From the NCBI RefSeq assembly GCF_009914755.1, contig NC_060925.1: DNA of 64,000 bases; one strand, 5' to 3'. The notes below the pieces were generated by a model. It was not told where the DNA came from. It did no database searches and saw only the letters and a list, made by a program, of their open reading frames with translations. Made by a program: the position numbers and the translations under genes. This DNA is from the human T2T-CHM13v2.0 reference genome, Homo sapiens. How positions within the stretch are numbered: position 1 is the first letter of the stretch; each line of letters opens with the position of its first letter. This document shows, one piece after another, positions 1 through 11,727 of the stretch.

Positions 1-426
1 GCTCAGAAATGGAGCAGTTCCATAGTTAGTCAGTAGCCCACGGTTGTCACCAGGCTCCATCTCCTTTTCATCTGTCTACTTTGCCATCTTGACCAGGTGC
101 TCTTTTCCTCAGCCATGTCTCCTTAAGGTCAGCAGTAGGCTTAAAGAGCTAAACACGATATCCTCATTCAGTTTCATCCAGAGGTGGGAAAAAGGCAGCA
201 TTTCACTTCCAACTATCCCATTTTATCAGGGAAGGAAAACTTTCCCAGAAAGTCCCCAACAAATTTCCTCTGGATGCCTTTGACAGAATTAGATTACTTA
301 CCTCTGCCCTGGCTGTGGGGAGTCTAGGAGAGCAAGTATTAGCTGTTTTCTGCCTCTGTACTGGGCGGGGCAGGCTCTGCTAAGCAAGAGTAGGGGAGTA
401 GAAGTGGCTGTACTTCGTCTGCCACA
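1..426 (-). mobile_element. MaLR LTR fragment (MLT1K/L-like)
   Basis: ttcccagaaagtcccc…ctggctgtggggagtctaggagagcaagtattagct…tctgccaca resembles the recalled MLT1 LTR consensus; subfamily uncertain. Confidence 0.55.
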
Positions 427-1379
427 CCAAGGATGAAGGGAAAAACAATCTTTTCTGGAGTATATTTCTGTCTTGTATAATGTTATATTATCTTTCAGGG
501 AAGGAGCATTTTTAATATTATTGTACTACTAGTTCTTTTGCTTTTGCAAGGAATTATTAGGTAGGTGTTTTCCCACAAATAAGATACCAAATATAAAAAT
601 ACTTTTGTACATAAGTAGCCTCAGTTTGTACCAGAATTAGTAGCCTATAGTTACTTGATTGGAAAACACAGCTCTGAACTCAGTTTCAGAGAATGAAATG
701 TGGAAGCTTAATTTTCATAGCAAAGTGATTTTATGTATGAGTATTTAAATATTTTAGGGGCTTTGAGTAAATTACAAGTGCCTCATTTGGTGTCTCATAC
801 TAATCAAAATACCTGTACAAAATAAAGCCTACATTTAAATAAATTTGAAAAAATCCTGGAGCGCATTTATTTGATGTAAGTTATAGGCCTATCTGGTTGT
901 AACTGTATTACAAACTGAACTACGAAACCTCTTGGCTACAAATGGCTTGATATAACAGCTATTGTAGTTTTAAATTGTATTTTAAACTCTTAGTTACTTG
1001 AAAGAAAGGGAAATTGCTAACTGCTAGGGAACTATGGGTAAACAAATCCAGAGCAGTAGGTGTCTGAGCTGATAAGTGGCATTTGGAAAAATGGGGACAG
1101 GGTGTTTGAGGTATAATGGTTTCCTGGACCTGGTACTTGCTAAGGGCTTGGATTTCCAGGGTAAGAAATTAACATTGTAACTGGTTCGATAAAGGAGGTT
1201 AGGTAAATACAAAATATTGAGATCCCCTGTTTGCTTCTTCTGAGGAATTCTCAGAGCACAGGTTGCAAGGTGCGTATTTTCCAGGCAAGAAATTGGAAGT
1301 CTTTCGGGGTAATCTAATCATTTAGGGAGAAAAAGCTTATAAAAACTGCTGCCAGGTTTTTCCAAGGAAACAAACTCCC

Positions 1380-2720
1380 TGGCCATGTCACCCTAGAGGA
1401 AAATATCATAATCCGTAAAGCCCGATCGGTGGAGCTTTCAATGGCTTTTTAAATAAGAGCAGATATCCAAGGATCCCAGGATATTTAAAGAAGACATCTA
1501 ATGTGCACATGAGGGACCAGAACTAATATGCAGGAAAGAAGGCAATGTGACTATGAAAGGAAATGAAAATTAAAATGCAAAAACAAACAAGGAAAATACT
1601 TACAGCTGTTAGCTAATATTCTCAAAGGGAATAGAGAAAATTTTACATCCATGAAATAAGGTATTATTTTAAAAGAAACATATAAAGAACAAAAAATAAC
1701 TCTATGATAGTAGAAAAAAAAGCCCACTAGAAAAAAAATGAAAGATAAAGTTCAATAAATACCCCAGTAGAGCAAAATGACAGACATTGAAAATATGGAA
1801 AATTAGGAGACTCATCCAGTAGGTTCATTTCCAAAATAGTAAACATACTAGAAAAGAGAAAACATAGAAAAGGAACAAAACATAGAAAAGGACAAAAATA
1901 ACTCAAGAAAGTTTTCCCAGAACTGAAAGACATGAATTTCCAGATGGAAAGGATATCCCATGTGCTCAGCACAGTGGGTCCACATCTCTTGAAATTTCGA
2001 ACACTTTGGAGAGAGAGAAGATTCTACCACCCTCCAGGGAGAAAAAACCCCAAACAAACAAACATGGTTTATACAATGGGTCAGGAATCAGAATGGAATA
2101 GACAGGATAGTTACACAGGAAGCCAGAAGAATAGTGGAGCAATACTTTTAAGTTTTTGAAGGAAAATGATTTCCAACTTAGAGTTCTATATCCAGCCAAA
2201 TTTTGTCAATTAAAAATGATGGTAAATGCATTTTTAGCCATGGAGATTCAGTTATCTCCTGCAGACCTTTTAGGAGGCTGCTGCTGAATGTGTTCTAGCA
2301 AAATGAGGAAGTGAATCAAGAACGGAGAAAGCATACAACTAGGAAATAGGACATCCAAACAAAGATGGAGGTGAAATGAATCCACAGGTTGATGGGGGAG
2401 GGAAATGCTAAGGTAACAACTATGCATTAGGCCTAGTTGGTAATGAGTTCAAATTCCAGCAAGTTTAGAAGCCTTTGGGAAAGATTTATCAAGAAAATAA
2501 AATCAATAGAATTCCTAATGTGTTAGAATTAACTGCAGTCAGTTTTAAAGAACTGGAAAAAACTGGTTGAATTATGCATTGGAAACTAAGCAAATTGAAA
2601 AAATGAAGACATGTATTAACTCCAGAATATCAAAAAATTATGTAGGAAAGAAAATGTAATATGACATATATTTTACATGGCTCAGTTGTGAATAGTTTTT
2701 ACAAAGTCATAATAGTTTGA
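1380..2720 (+). mobile_element. HAL1 / ancient L1 ORF1-like relic
   Basis: A-rich decayed ORF1-like sequence with gaaaatgatttccaacttagagttctatatccagccaaa, followed by the segment typical of HAL1; boundaries approximate. Confidence 0.6.
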
Positions 2721-3165
2721 ATGAAATAAAATTTAAAAAGATTTGGGGTCTGGGCTGATGTTCTTCGTGGGACACCTGGAAGAAACAATATAAAACCACT
2801 TTGGAGGGACGCTCCATATACCCAAGCTACATTGGATCTCACCAAAAAAGTATAAAAATAAATGCCAAAACAAACCAACTGAACAAAAAACACCAAACCA
2901 AAAAAGTCCTCCTGAAGATGAGGACTTATATTTTTTATAAAAAAATTATAAAACACACATTTTTTGAGTGAGATATATAATAAATATTAACTCAGTCATG
3001 CCTATGTTATTTTTCCTCATAGTCTGTAATTAATGTCTGATATTTAAGGAACGTGGATTGGTTGTAATAGTAAAATTTATTTTCTAATTTAGAAAGGACA
3101 AATTTTACTTAGTGCGCAGTTCATTTCCACACAATACACAGTGGCACATTTTAAAGTTATTTCTT

Positions 3166-3313
3166 TTTTCTCTCTTTTTAAAATTATTATACTTTAAGTT
3201 CTGGGATACATGTGCAGGACGTGCAGGTTTGTTACATAGGTATACATGTTCCATGGTGGTTTGCTGCACCCATCAACCCGTCATCTATGTTAGTTATTTC
3301 TCCTAATGCTCTC
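3166..3313 (-). mobile_element. 5'-truncated L1PA 3' end with 14-bp TSD
   Basis: ttatactttaagttctgggatacatgtgcag… is the L1PA 3'UTR; TAAAGTTATTTCTT at 3152-3165 and 3314-3327. Confidence 0.85.
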
Positions 3314-3383
3314 TAAAGTTATTTCTTAAATGAAGTTAGCCTGATTTTATTTTCTCAGTGTGATATTTTAATTTTTTTAACAG

Positions 3384-3488
3384 AGTAAAAAGAAGTTTGA
3401 AAGAGAATGTAGAGAGGCAGAAAAGGCACAACAGAGTTATGAAAGATTGGATAATGATACTAATGCAACCAAGGCAGATGTTGAAAAG
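3384..3488 (+). CDS. FNBP1L: FNBP1L coding exon, F-BAR ([14 protein letters not shown]…TKADVEK)
   Basis: ttaacag| acceptor, |gtaaga donor, 105 nt, phase 0-0; peptide recognised as TOCA-1 F-BAR. Confidence 0.96.
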
Positions 3489-3815
3489 GTAAGAAATACT
3501 CCAAACCAACTTTAATGTCAAAATATTATTATTTGCATAAGGAAAGTAGTCACGACATTTGTATGACTACAGTATTAGGATTTACTTGAGATACACTGTA
3601 TCTAAGTCTAAAATATACAAATATTTGCCAACTTTAAATTATACGTATTGGTCTGAGAAAGTAATATATGTTAATTTATTACAATATCTTAGCTGCATTC
3701 AAATTTAGAGGAAAGACGTAGTTGCTACTGGGATTGAGTTTTTAGCCTATTCCAAAATAGGTTAGAAAGCTAAGATGTGTTGATGGGGTAATAATTAGTT
3801 AGAGAATAACTGTTG

Positions 3816-3938
3816 TAATTTGACTTTGTACAAGAGATCAAGAGGAACAGAACTGTATTCTAAATAAGCATTCCTTAATTTGACTTTGTACAAGAGATCA
3901 AGAGGAACAGAACTGTATTCTAAATAAGCATTCCTTAA
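3816..3938. repeat. Perfect 60-bp tandem duplication (2 copies + 3 nt)
   Basis: taatttgactttgtacaagagatcaagaggaacagaactgtattctaaataagcattcct occurs twice with no mismatch. Confidence 0.97.
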
Positions 3939-4486
3939 AGTATCTGTGGTTCTACACATTGGTGGAAACACTGTTGAATGTTGCATTATTCAACAATCAT
4001 ATTATTATTTAGTTTCACTGTGATTTAAGTTCCATATTTTAGTTGGATATAGTTGGATCATAAATGTTTTACTGTTAACTTTTTTAACAATCTGAAAATA
4101 TTCCTAAAGCTACCTGTTTTTCTCTTCTGATTAAAAGCACACTGTTTCAAGCTATAATGTTTTCATTTGTTTGTTTTTTTATCTGGATTTGGTAAGGAGA
4201 GTCTATATTAGAATGTCTTATTGCTATCAGGGAATACTATTGTAATGAGAGAGGGAAGAATATTGTAATAAGGAGACCACTCTGACAGTAAGATCTGCAG
4301 GTGTCTTTAAATATAAAATATATTTTAAATGATATTAATAGTTCAAAAAAGTTATGCCACGTCATTATTCTTTTGATGTCAGGTGTTGGCTTCTTCATTG
4401 ATAAAATCTAGTTTTAGTATAATTTTCAAAAAAGTGAATTGCTGTGATTTTGTTGTTGATAATAATTTCGACCATTTTGCCCCTAG

Positions 4487-4615
4487 GCCAAACAGCAGTT
4501 GAATCTGCGTACGCATATGGCCGATGAAAATAAAAATGAATATGCTGCACAATTACAAAACTTTAATGGAGAACAACATAAACATTTTTATGTAGTGATT
4601 CCTCAGATTTACAAG
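4487..4615 (+). CDS. FNBP1L: FNBP1L coding exon, F-BAR (AKQQLNLRTHMADENKNEY…IPQIYK)
   Basis: ccctag| and |gtaaat; 129 nt, in frame. Confidence 0.96.
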
Positions 4616-5918
4616 GTAAATCTTAGATATGAAGTTAATCTAGTTTTAGATTAACTGGTGTTTAAATATAAAACTTGTAAGTCTTAGACATCAGAATCTT
4701 TCTAGATTCACTAGACATCAGGGTTGGGGTGAGAGATTCCTTTATGATTATAGATTTGAAAACAAGTGTTTTCTAACTTTTAAGTCACACATTTTCCTAC
4801 GTATCTACTATTAGTGTTATAAACAGTTTACTAAAACAATGACATTTGTAAGATACATTTAAATACTTTAAGTATTTTGACATGACAAAGGAGAATTAAT
4901 TGAATTTGTATATTGTAATCTGCTCACCTAGAATTGAGATGTAGCATTTTTATACCAAACCAGAGTCATTGGCATCAGTCCAGATGGCAGAAATAAATCT
5001 TACAAAATATATTTGCTAGCATGGTTTTTGCCTGCTTATCATGCTGGCTCTGTTAGATGATAAATGTAATTCAGACTTTGAGCTTGCTTATAAATCCTGT
5101 CTGTCATCACTTGATGATAACAGTTGCCAAACAGCCTCAGGTAAAAAAGACCTCAGAATTTTCATGAGGGTTAAATTATTTAATTGCCTGTTCTAGAAAG
5201 AAGAGAAATTACAGAAAAGGGATTTAGTAAAGCAGTGTTGATGAGTTATTATCTCAACGAGCAGAGCTTCTGTGGGAAGAGTGTCAGCCCGGGTACACTT
5301 TTTCTTCTTTATAAGGCAAGTTGGAAATACAAAGAAAGCACAGTGAGAGATAATGAACTGGAGTGGGGACCAGAATTCTGGTCATTGAATCCAGAGGGCC
5401 AAGCCTGCCAGTCTTCACTGTGATGCTTTTCTAGGCTTAGTAGTTAAGTCTTCATATTCTGGGGAAACTATAACTTGTGGAGATAAACTACCTTTTGTGT
5501 TTTGGGCCTGATACTTGGATTTGGACCTTTCTATGGAGCAATTCTGTGAAAATGCAGGTCTCAAAGTCCCAGGCTGTGGGAGTTTGGGGAGACAAGGAGT
5601 GTAACTGCTGTCAATGAAACAGCAAGGTCAGTGCTGGCAAATAGGATATGTCAAAAAAAAAATGCCTTTAAGTTATTGGACTTTATGTGTTCCAACATAT
5701 TTCCTAGTGGCATGTGCCAGTGAATTTTCAGTTGTGAGGATTCTATATGTGCCACTTTGAGCTTGTGACTTCCTGTTTTTCCTCACGTATCCCCAGCTCT
5801 GAGGTGTACACTGCAGTAGGTCTGGGTACCTGTTGATAAACAACTAGTATGGACTGTTGGTCCAGCCAAGTCTTACCAAAGTATCCTGAATTAACTTGAG
5901 GTTAGAAGTCTCAGACTT

Positions 5919-6288
<370 letters not shown>

Positions 6289-6656
6289 TCATCAAATGAA
6301 ATGTTTTCTGGAAGCATAAACAAGAACTACTCTGATTGAATAGTAAAAGGTGGGAGTGCTATGGGGCAGGGAGCTGATAGCCAGTAAGGGGTCCTTTTAG
6401 AAGGCTAGAATCCCAGTGTCATCTGGTTTTAGGAAAACAATACTAAGTGCCTTACTATTTTTTTTCTTTCTTTTGTTGTTTAGCATGTCCCAGGTTTTAA
6501 GTATTATAAGTCAATAGCACTTGTTAAAAGGTATTAACAACAGTGTAACTATGAGGGTAGAAATATTTAATTTTTGATGGGGGATCACTAATTGAACTCC
6601 TTTAGAATGATTGAAAAATTCAGTTTTCTCTTTTTAAAAAAATTCTTGATTATTAG

Positions 6657-6803
6657 CAACTACAAGAAATGGACGAACGAAGGACTATTAAACTCAGTGA
6701 GTGTTACAGAGGATTTGCTGACTCAGAACGCAAAGTTATTCCCATCATTTCAAAATGTTTGGAAGGAATGATTCTTGCAGCAAAATCAGTTGATGAAAGA
6801 AGA
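6657..6803 (+). CDS. FNBP1L: FNBP1L coding exon (QLQEMDERRTIKLSECYRGF…SVDERR)
   Basis: tattag| and |gtaagt; 147 nt, in frame. Confidence 0.96.
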
Positions 6804-8438
6804 GTAAGTGCTAAATAATATCTTTGAATGCATCTGTTTGGTTTAGGTGTGCAGTTTAAGTTAGTGAAATGAGTTGAGAAAGGGATAAAGTAATCTGATG
6901 TGTGGTTCTAAATTATATTCTGTAGAAGAATGTCTTGCAATAGATTCCTTTGAGTTCTGAGATTCATTCTACATGCAAAAGTTCTAATTCTTTCTTAAAA
7001 AAAAAAAAAAGATTTCTAACTCTCTTCTCCCACTAAGTTTTCAGTTCTTATCAAAGAGTCTAACCTAGGAACTGTGTGTTACAAATTGTGTTATACTATT
7101 ATATTAGTTTAGTGAAAATTTAGAGAAGTATGTGGTTAGAGTTGCCTTTAGCACTTGAGCTGGATCAAGAAATGTGGGTAGCATATGGAGTGATGACCAA
7201 TGAGGAGGAGGAAGGAGGGCATTATGTGCAGATGAAACAGCATAGCCCTCCTCCCCTTGAGGATAGGTAATCACATTGTATCTTGATTAAGGACTAGGGT
7301 CTTTTATCTCAGTAAATGTTGATTGAGTGATCAAAAAGCATGGTTGGCAGAAACTGAGGAAAGGCAGTGGCAAGAGAAGAGAACTGGTGTTTGCAGGATA
7401 TCAGATATGTGTCACATATTTTAGTCTTCATGAACCTATCAAGTAGATATTATATTAGTGAGGATCCTTTCTGTTACAGCTAATAGAATTCTCACTTAAA
7501 TTTAGAAAAGAGGATTTTTGGCTTTCAGCATGGCTGGATACAAGTTTATACAATATCATTACAGCCCTCTTCTCTCTAATTACCCTTTAGCAAATTATTG
7601 CTGAGGGTAGCATTACTGACAAAAGTAAGCTATGACTTAAGGATGACTTTTGACTAAATGAAGGGCAAAATGTACTGTTAACAGAAATAGGCAACAAAAG
7701 AGAGGTTGTTGTTAGGGGTGGGGAGGAATTTGTAGAGATACTCTGAAAATAATGAGTTTAAGGTATCACTAAAGCATTCAGGTAGAGGTATGTATGTCTA
7801 AAAACAATATTTATGTGAGTTTAAAAATTTTAAATACATGGTATTAAACTTTCAAATGTTGTTTGCACTCAGTAGTGTTTATGAGATCTTTTCCCTGTTG
7901 CTCTGTTAACATTCCACAGTATATATTTAATTTATTTATCTTTTCCCATGTTGGATGAGTTAGAAAGCCTTTCCTACTCATCTTTTACTCTCTTTTACAA
8001 TTAGATGTTCTTTCCTCATTCCAAAGATTAGCTTCTTTGTTGACATCTATCTTTTAAAGCAAAAAGCCTTTTTCCTTTGAAACTTCTCAGAATTTCTACT
8101 TGTTAATAACCTCTTTCTGTATTCTTTTTGTCAGTTAGGTCTTTTTCAGCTAAGTAGTCTTCAGATGAATTTCAGGTGGTTAAAGCTACCAAGTAAAAAC
8201 ATTTTATGAATATTATAAATTAATTAAGTTGTAATTTGCAAGTATATTTTTCTTTTGGGATTAAAATACTTTGAGTTTGTTACACATTCATGGGAATAAA
8301 TTATTTACCTTAATGATTATTGTGGAATTATTTATTTAAACTTATATTTGTTGTTTTTTTGTACTGAAAAAGTTATGAAAGCTGATGTAGAATTATGAGC
8401 AAGTGAAACAGTTTTAAAACCTAGTTTCTTTTGTATAG

Positions 8439-8642
8439 GACTCTCAAATGGTGGTAGACTCCTTCAAATCTGGTTTTGAACCTCCAGGAGACTTTCCATT
8501 TGAAGATTACAGTCAACATATATATAGAACCATTTCTGATGGGACTATCAGTGCATCCAAACAGGAGAGTGGGAAGATGGATGCCAAAACCACAGTAGGA
8601 AAGGCCAAGGGCAAATTGTGGCTCTTTGGAAAGAAGCCAAAG
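8439..8642 (+). CDS. FNBP1L: FNBP1L coding exon (DSQMVVDSFKSGFEPPGDFPFEDYSQ…LFGKKPK)
   Basis: gtatag| and |gtaaaa; 204 nt; overlaps track ORF 8448-8693. Confidence 0.96.
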
Positions 8643-10065
8643 GTAAAAGTCATAAAATTCCTATATGCTAATCAGTTTAAGTGTACCAACTAAAACAATG
8701 TGGGTATTGAATGCAAAATGATTTACCATTAATGGAGAATAAATATTTTCAATTTGAATGATTCAGTTAACCTTTCACTTATATTAGGAATACCTTAACA
8801 GTAACAGTTATTTATGGATTTAACATTTGACTACCGCTTAATAATGGGTAAGAGTATTAACAAAGTTGTTAATATCTAGTTAAGTTATATGCTTTTGAAG
8901 TTTCATTTGTATGTAGTTTCCATCAGAATTTTTAAGGAAACATGATCTAACTAAAATAGCACTAAAATTGGAATTCTCAAATGGAATGAATGACCACAGC
9001 CATAATACATGTCAAGTTAGGTTTTATAGATCCTACTACTAAAATTATTTTTATCATCCATATGAGTTTTTAATGGGAAAGGTTCAGTCTTGGTTAATTG
9101 AAGTTTAAAACAATTTCTAGTTTGGTAAGAGAATCTCACTCTTAACTTCTTGTTAGAACCCACCTTCTGATGTGCTCTTTATTTTAGATAGATCTAGGTC
9201 AGCATGTGAGCAAATGAAATAGATGGGTGCTTTGTCTTTCTTATCAATTAAGTGGTTGTACTCGTGTCTTATTAGTAAGGAGAATAGAGAAATACTTTTA
9301 ATCTGATGTGCTGTATTTATTAAAGTATACTTGATTATTTTAATTCATTTTTTGATCATGGCATATGAGTGTAGATAAAATTAAAATTTAACTCATTATA
9401 ATATACCTGTATCTTTAAAAGCACAATTATAATTAACTCATGCTTTATTTATGCTTTTAATCATATTGTCCAGTCAAGAAGTTGAGAGGTGAGACCTGTT
9501 TTAAGTCAGATCGAGGTAGCTAGAAGAGCTTAGATGTACAAGGAATACTGGAATTAAAAAAAAAAAGGTGAAATAAGGATGAAATAGAAACAGCCTGAGA
9601 GGAAAGCCATGAATGTAATGAAAATTTTTTTGCCTATTTTTGGTAATAATCAGTTACAGTTTTAATATTTTATGTGCGACATTACCTGTTTAGATAACTT
9701 TAGGTGTAGCTGCCAGCTTTATTTCTTGACAAGTACCATGGTAATGCTAATATTCTAGAAATTAGAAGAGAATTTTAAAATCTAGGCCATATTGCTTTCT
9801 TTGACAATATAATTTGTGAACTCTGTGTTTTTAATTTGTCCGATGTTAAAAGTAATCAAGTGAAATGGTACATTTTAAAAAGTAAATTTGATTTTTTTAA
9901 ATAATAGTTTTGGGCAAAACTATGTTTACTTTCTCATAATATTTTTACAGAAAACTTTATTTGAGATATATTTTGTGAAAAGTATGTTGCCAAAAATAGA
10001 ATTTTCATTTAGGAGAAAACTATGCACATTTGGCTTATTGATTCCTTTCTTTATTTCCATATTAG

Positions 10066-10224
10066 CCACAGTCCCCACCCTTAACCCCTACTAGTTTATT
10101 CACATCCAGTACTCCTAATGGGTCCCAGTTTCTCACATTCTCCATTGAGCCCGTGCATTATTGTATGAATGAAATAAAAACAGGGAAGCCCAGAATTCCT
10201 TCTTTCAGAAGCCTCAAAAGAGGG
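10066..10224 (+). CDS. FNBP1L: FNBP1L alternative cassette exon, 53 aa (PQSPPLTPTSLF…RSLKRG)
   Basis: Polypyrimidine tract + attag|, |gtaagt donor, 159 nt phase 0-0, open frame; matches the linker insert of the long isoform as recalled. Confidence 0.9.
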
Positions 10225-11584
10225 GTAAGTTTAATAATGGGTTAAAATGCATGATGGCCTATTGTGTGTGTAGTGTGGCTTTTAATACTCTCCACCCTCA
10301 TTATAAGGCTCTCTCCTATAAATACACAGTTTAAAAACACCACAGAATTAAGAATAGCTGCCCTCAAGTTAAAAACAACTCCTCTTTATAACATTTGAAA
10401 TGCTCAACCGTAAAAGAATGGTATTATAAAGAGGGTGCTGGGTACAATCATATTTTAGCTATTTTTTTGTTTATGTGAAATCATATGTTCACCATTGTCT
10501 TGTAATGTATTTACATTTTTAAGACTTTCAGTAATTTGTCACTGGAGTTACTCTTGTAATAATTTGTCACCAATGCTGACTTCACCTGCCAATTTTATAA
10601 AATATTATTTTATTGACAATAAAATGTCAAGCTCAATTTTAATTGCCCTGCTTATTTTCAGATGTATAAAACAGTTTCCAATAGTTAAAAAAAATTAAAG
10701 ATAGGCATTTTAAATATCAAGATTGTTGTAGATCAAATTGAGATAATATATTAGAAAATAGATTGTAAATTGTAAAGCCTACAAAAATACTAGATATCAC
10801 TGAGTAATGTTTACTAAACTGTTGTTTAGCAACAACTGTTATACTACTAATAAATACATTAGTGTTACTCTATTTAATGTTAGTGAGGCTAATTTTTCTT
10901 GTTTATGTTTGATTTTAAGGGTGTGCTTTTAATATTCATAACCTGTAATTTAGACTCATTTATAAGATTTGAGCATTTGTTGGGACATTGGAAAAACATA
11001 GGTTCATTAACCCATAGATGAGAAATCAGTCTTTCAATGTCGTAAGAAGCCTAACAATAATAATCTAAAATTAGGTTGTTTCGTTCTTCCTTCTTAGACC
11101 CTTCCCTCCCTTCCTTTCTCCTCTTTTCTCTCTTCTTACCCCTCCTTCCCTTCTATTTTTCTTCCTTTCTGTCTTCACATTGCATTTTGGCCTCCTATAG
11201 AACAAGATATATTAGTTTAGGGACAAGATTACATCTATATTGCTTTAAAACATTATGACAAACTTAACTGATGTTACTAATGCAGCAGAAATGTCCCAGT
11301 GTATTATGTCATTTTCTGGACTTCTTTTTTCCTCCAGTGACATGAACTTCTTTGCATCTGTCTTACCTAATTCTATATGTGGATGGTAGGTAATTGATGA
11401 CATTTTGAAAAGTCCCCATGGATGAGTCTGTATGATAACTGTAGGCATGCCTATAATCACTTCTAAAAGCTCTGAACACTTGTTTGAAAGACTTTGAGAA
11501 ATCATATTTGGGATTTCTATTGCCTGAGTTACAAGGCTAGAACTCATTCCCATGTTGCTTCCCTATGGCAGTTTATTTATTACT

Positions 11585-11727
11585 TATTTTTAATTTAAAA
11601 TTGTTTTAAAGAGATGTGGTCTTGCTCTGTTGCCCAGGCTGATCTCAAACTCCTGGGCTCAAGCAGTCCTCCCACTTCAGCCTCCCAAAGTTCTGGGATT
11701 ACAGGCATGAACCACTACTCCTCTGGC
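11585..11727 (-). mobile_element. FLAM / Alu left monomer
   Basis: gagatgtggtcttgctctgttgcccaggctgatctcaaactcctgggctcaagcagtcctccc…. Confidence 0.8.

Noticed and set aside
3816-3938. CRISPR-like or coding repeat (ORF 3795-3986 with duplicated peptide)
   Set aside because: Only two adjacent units, no spacers, eukaryotic intron
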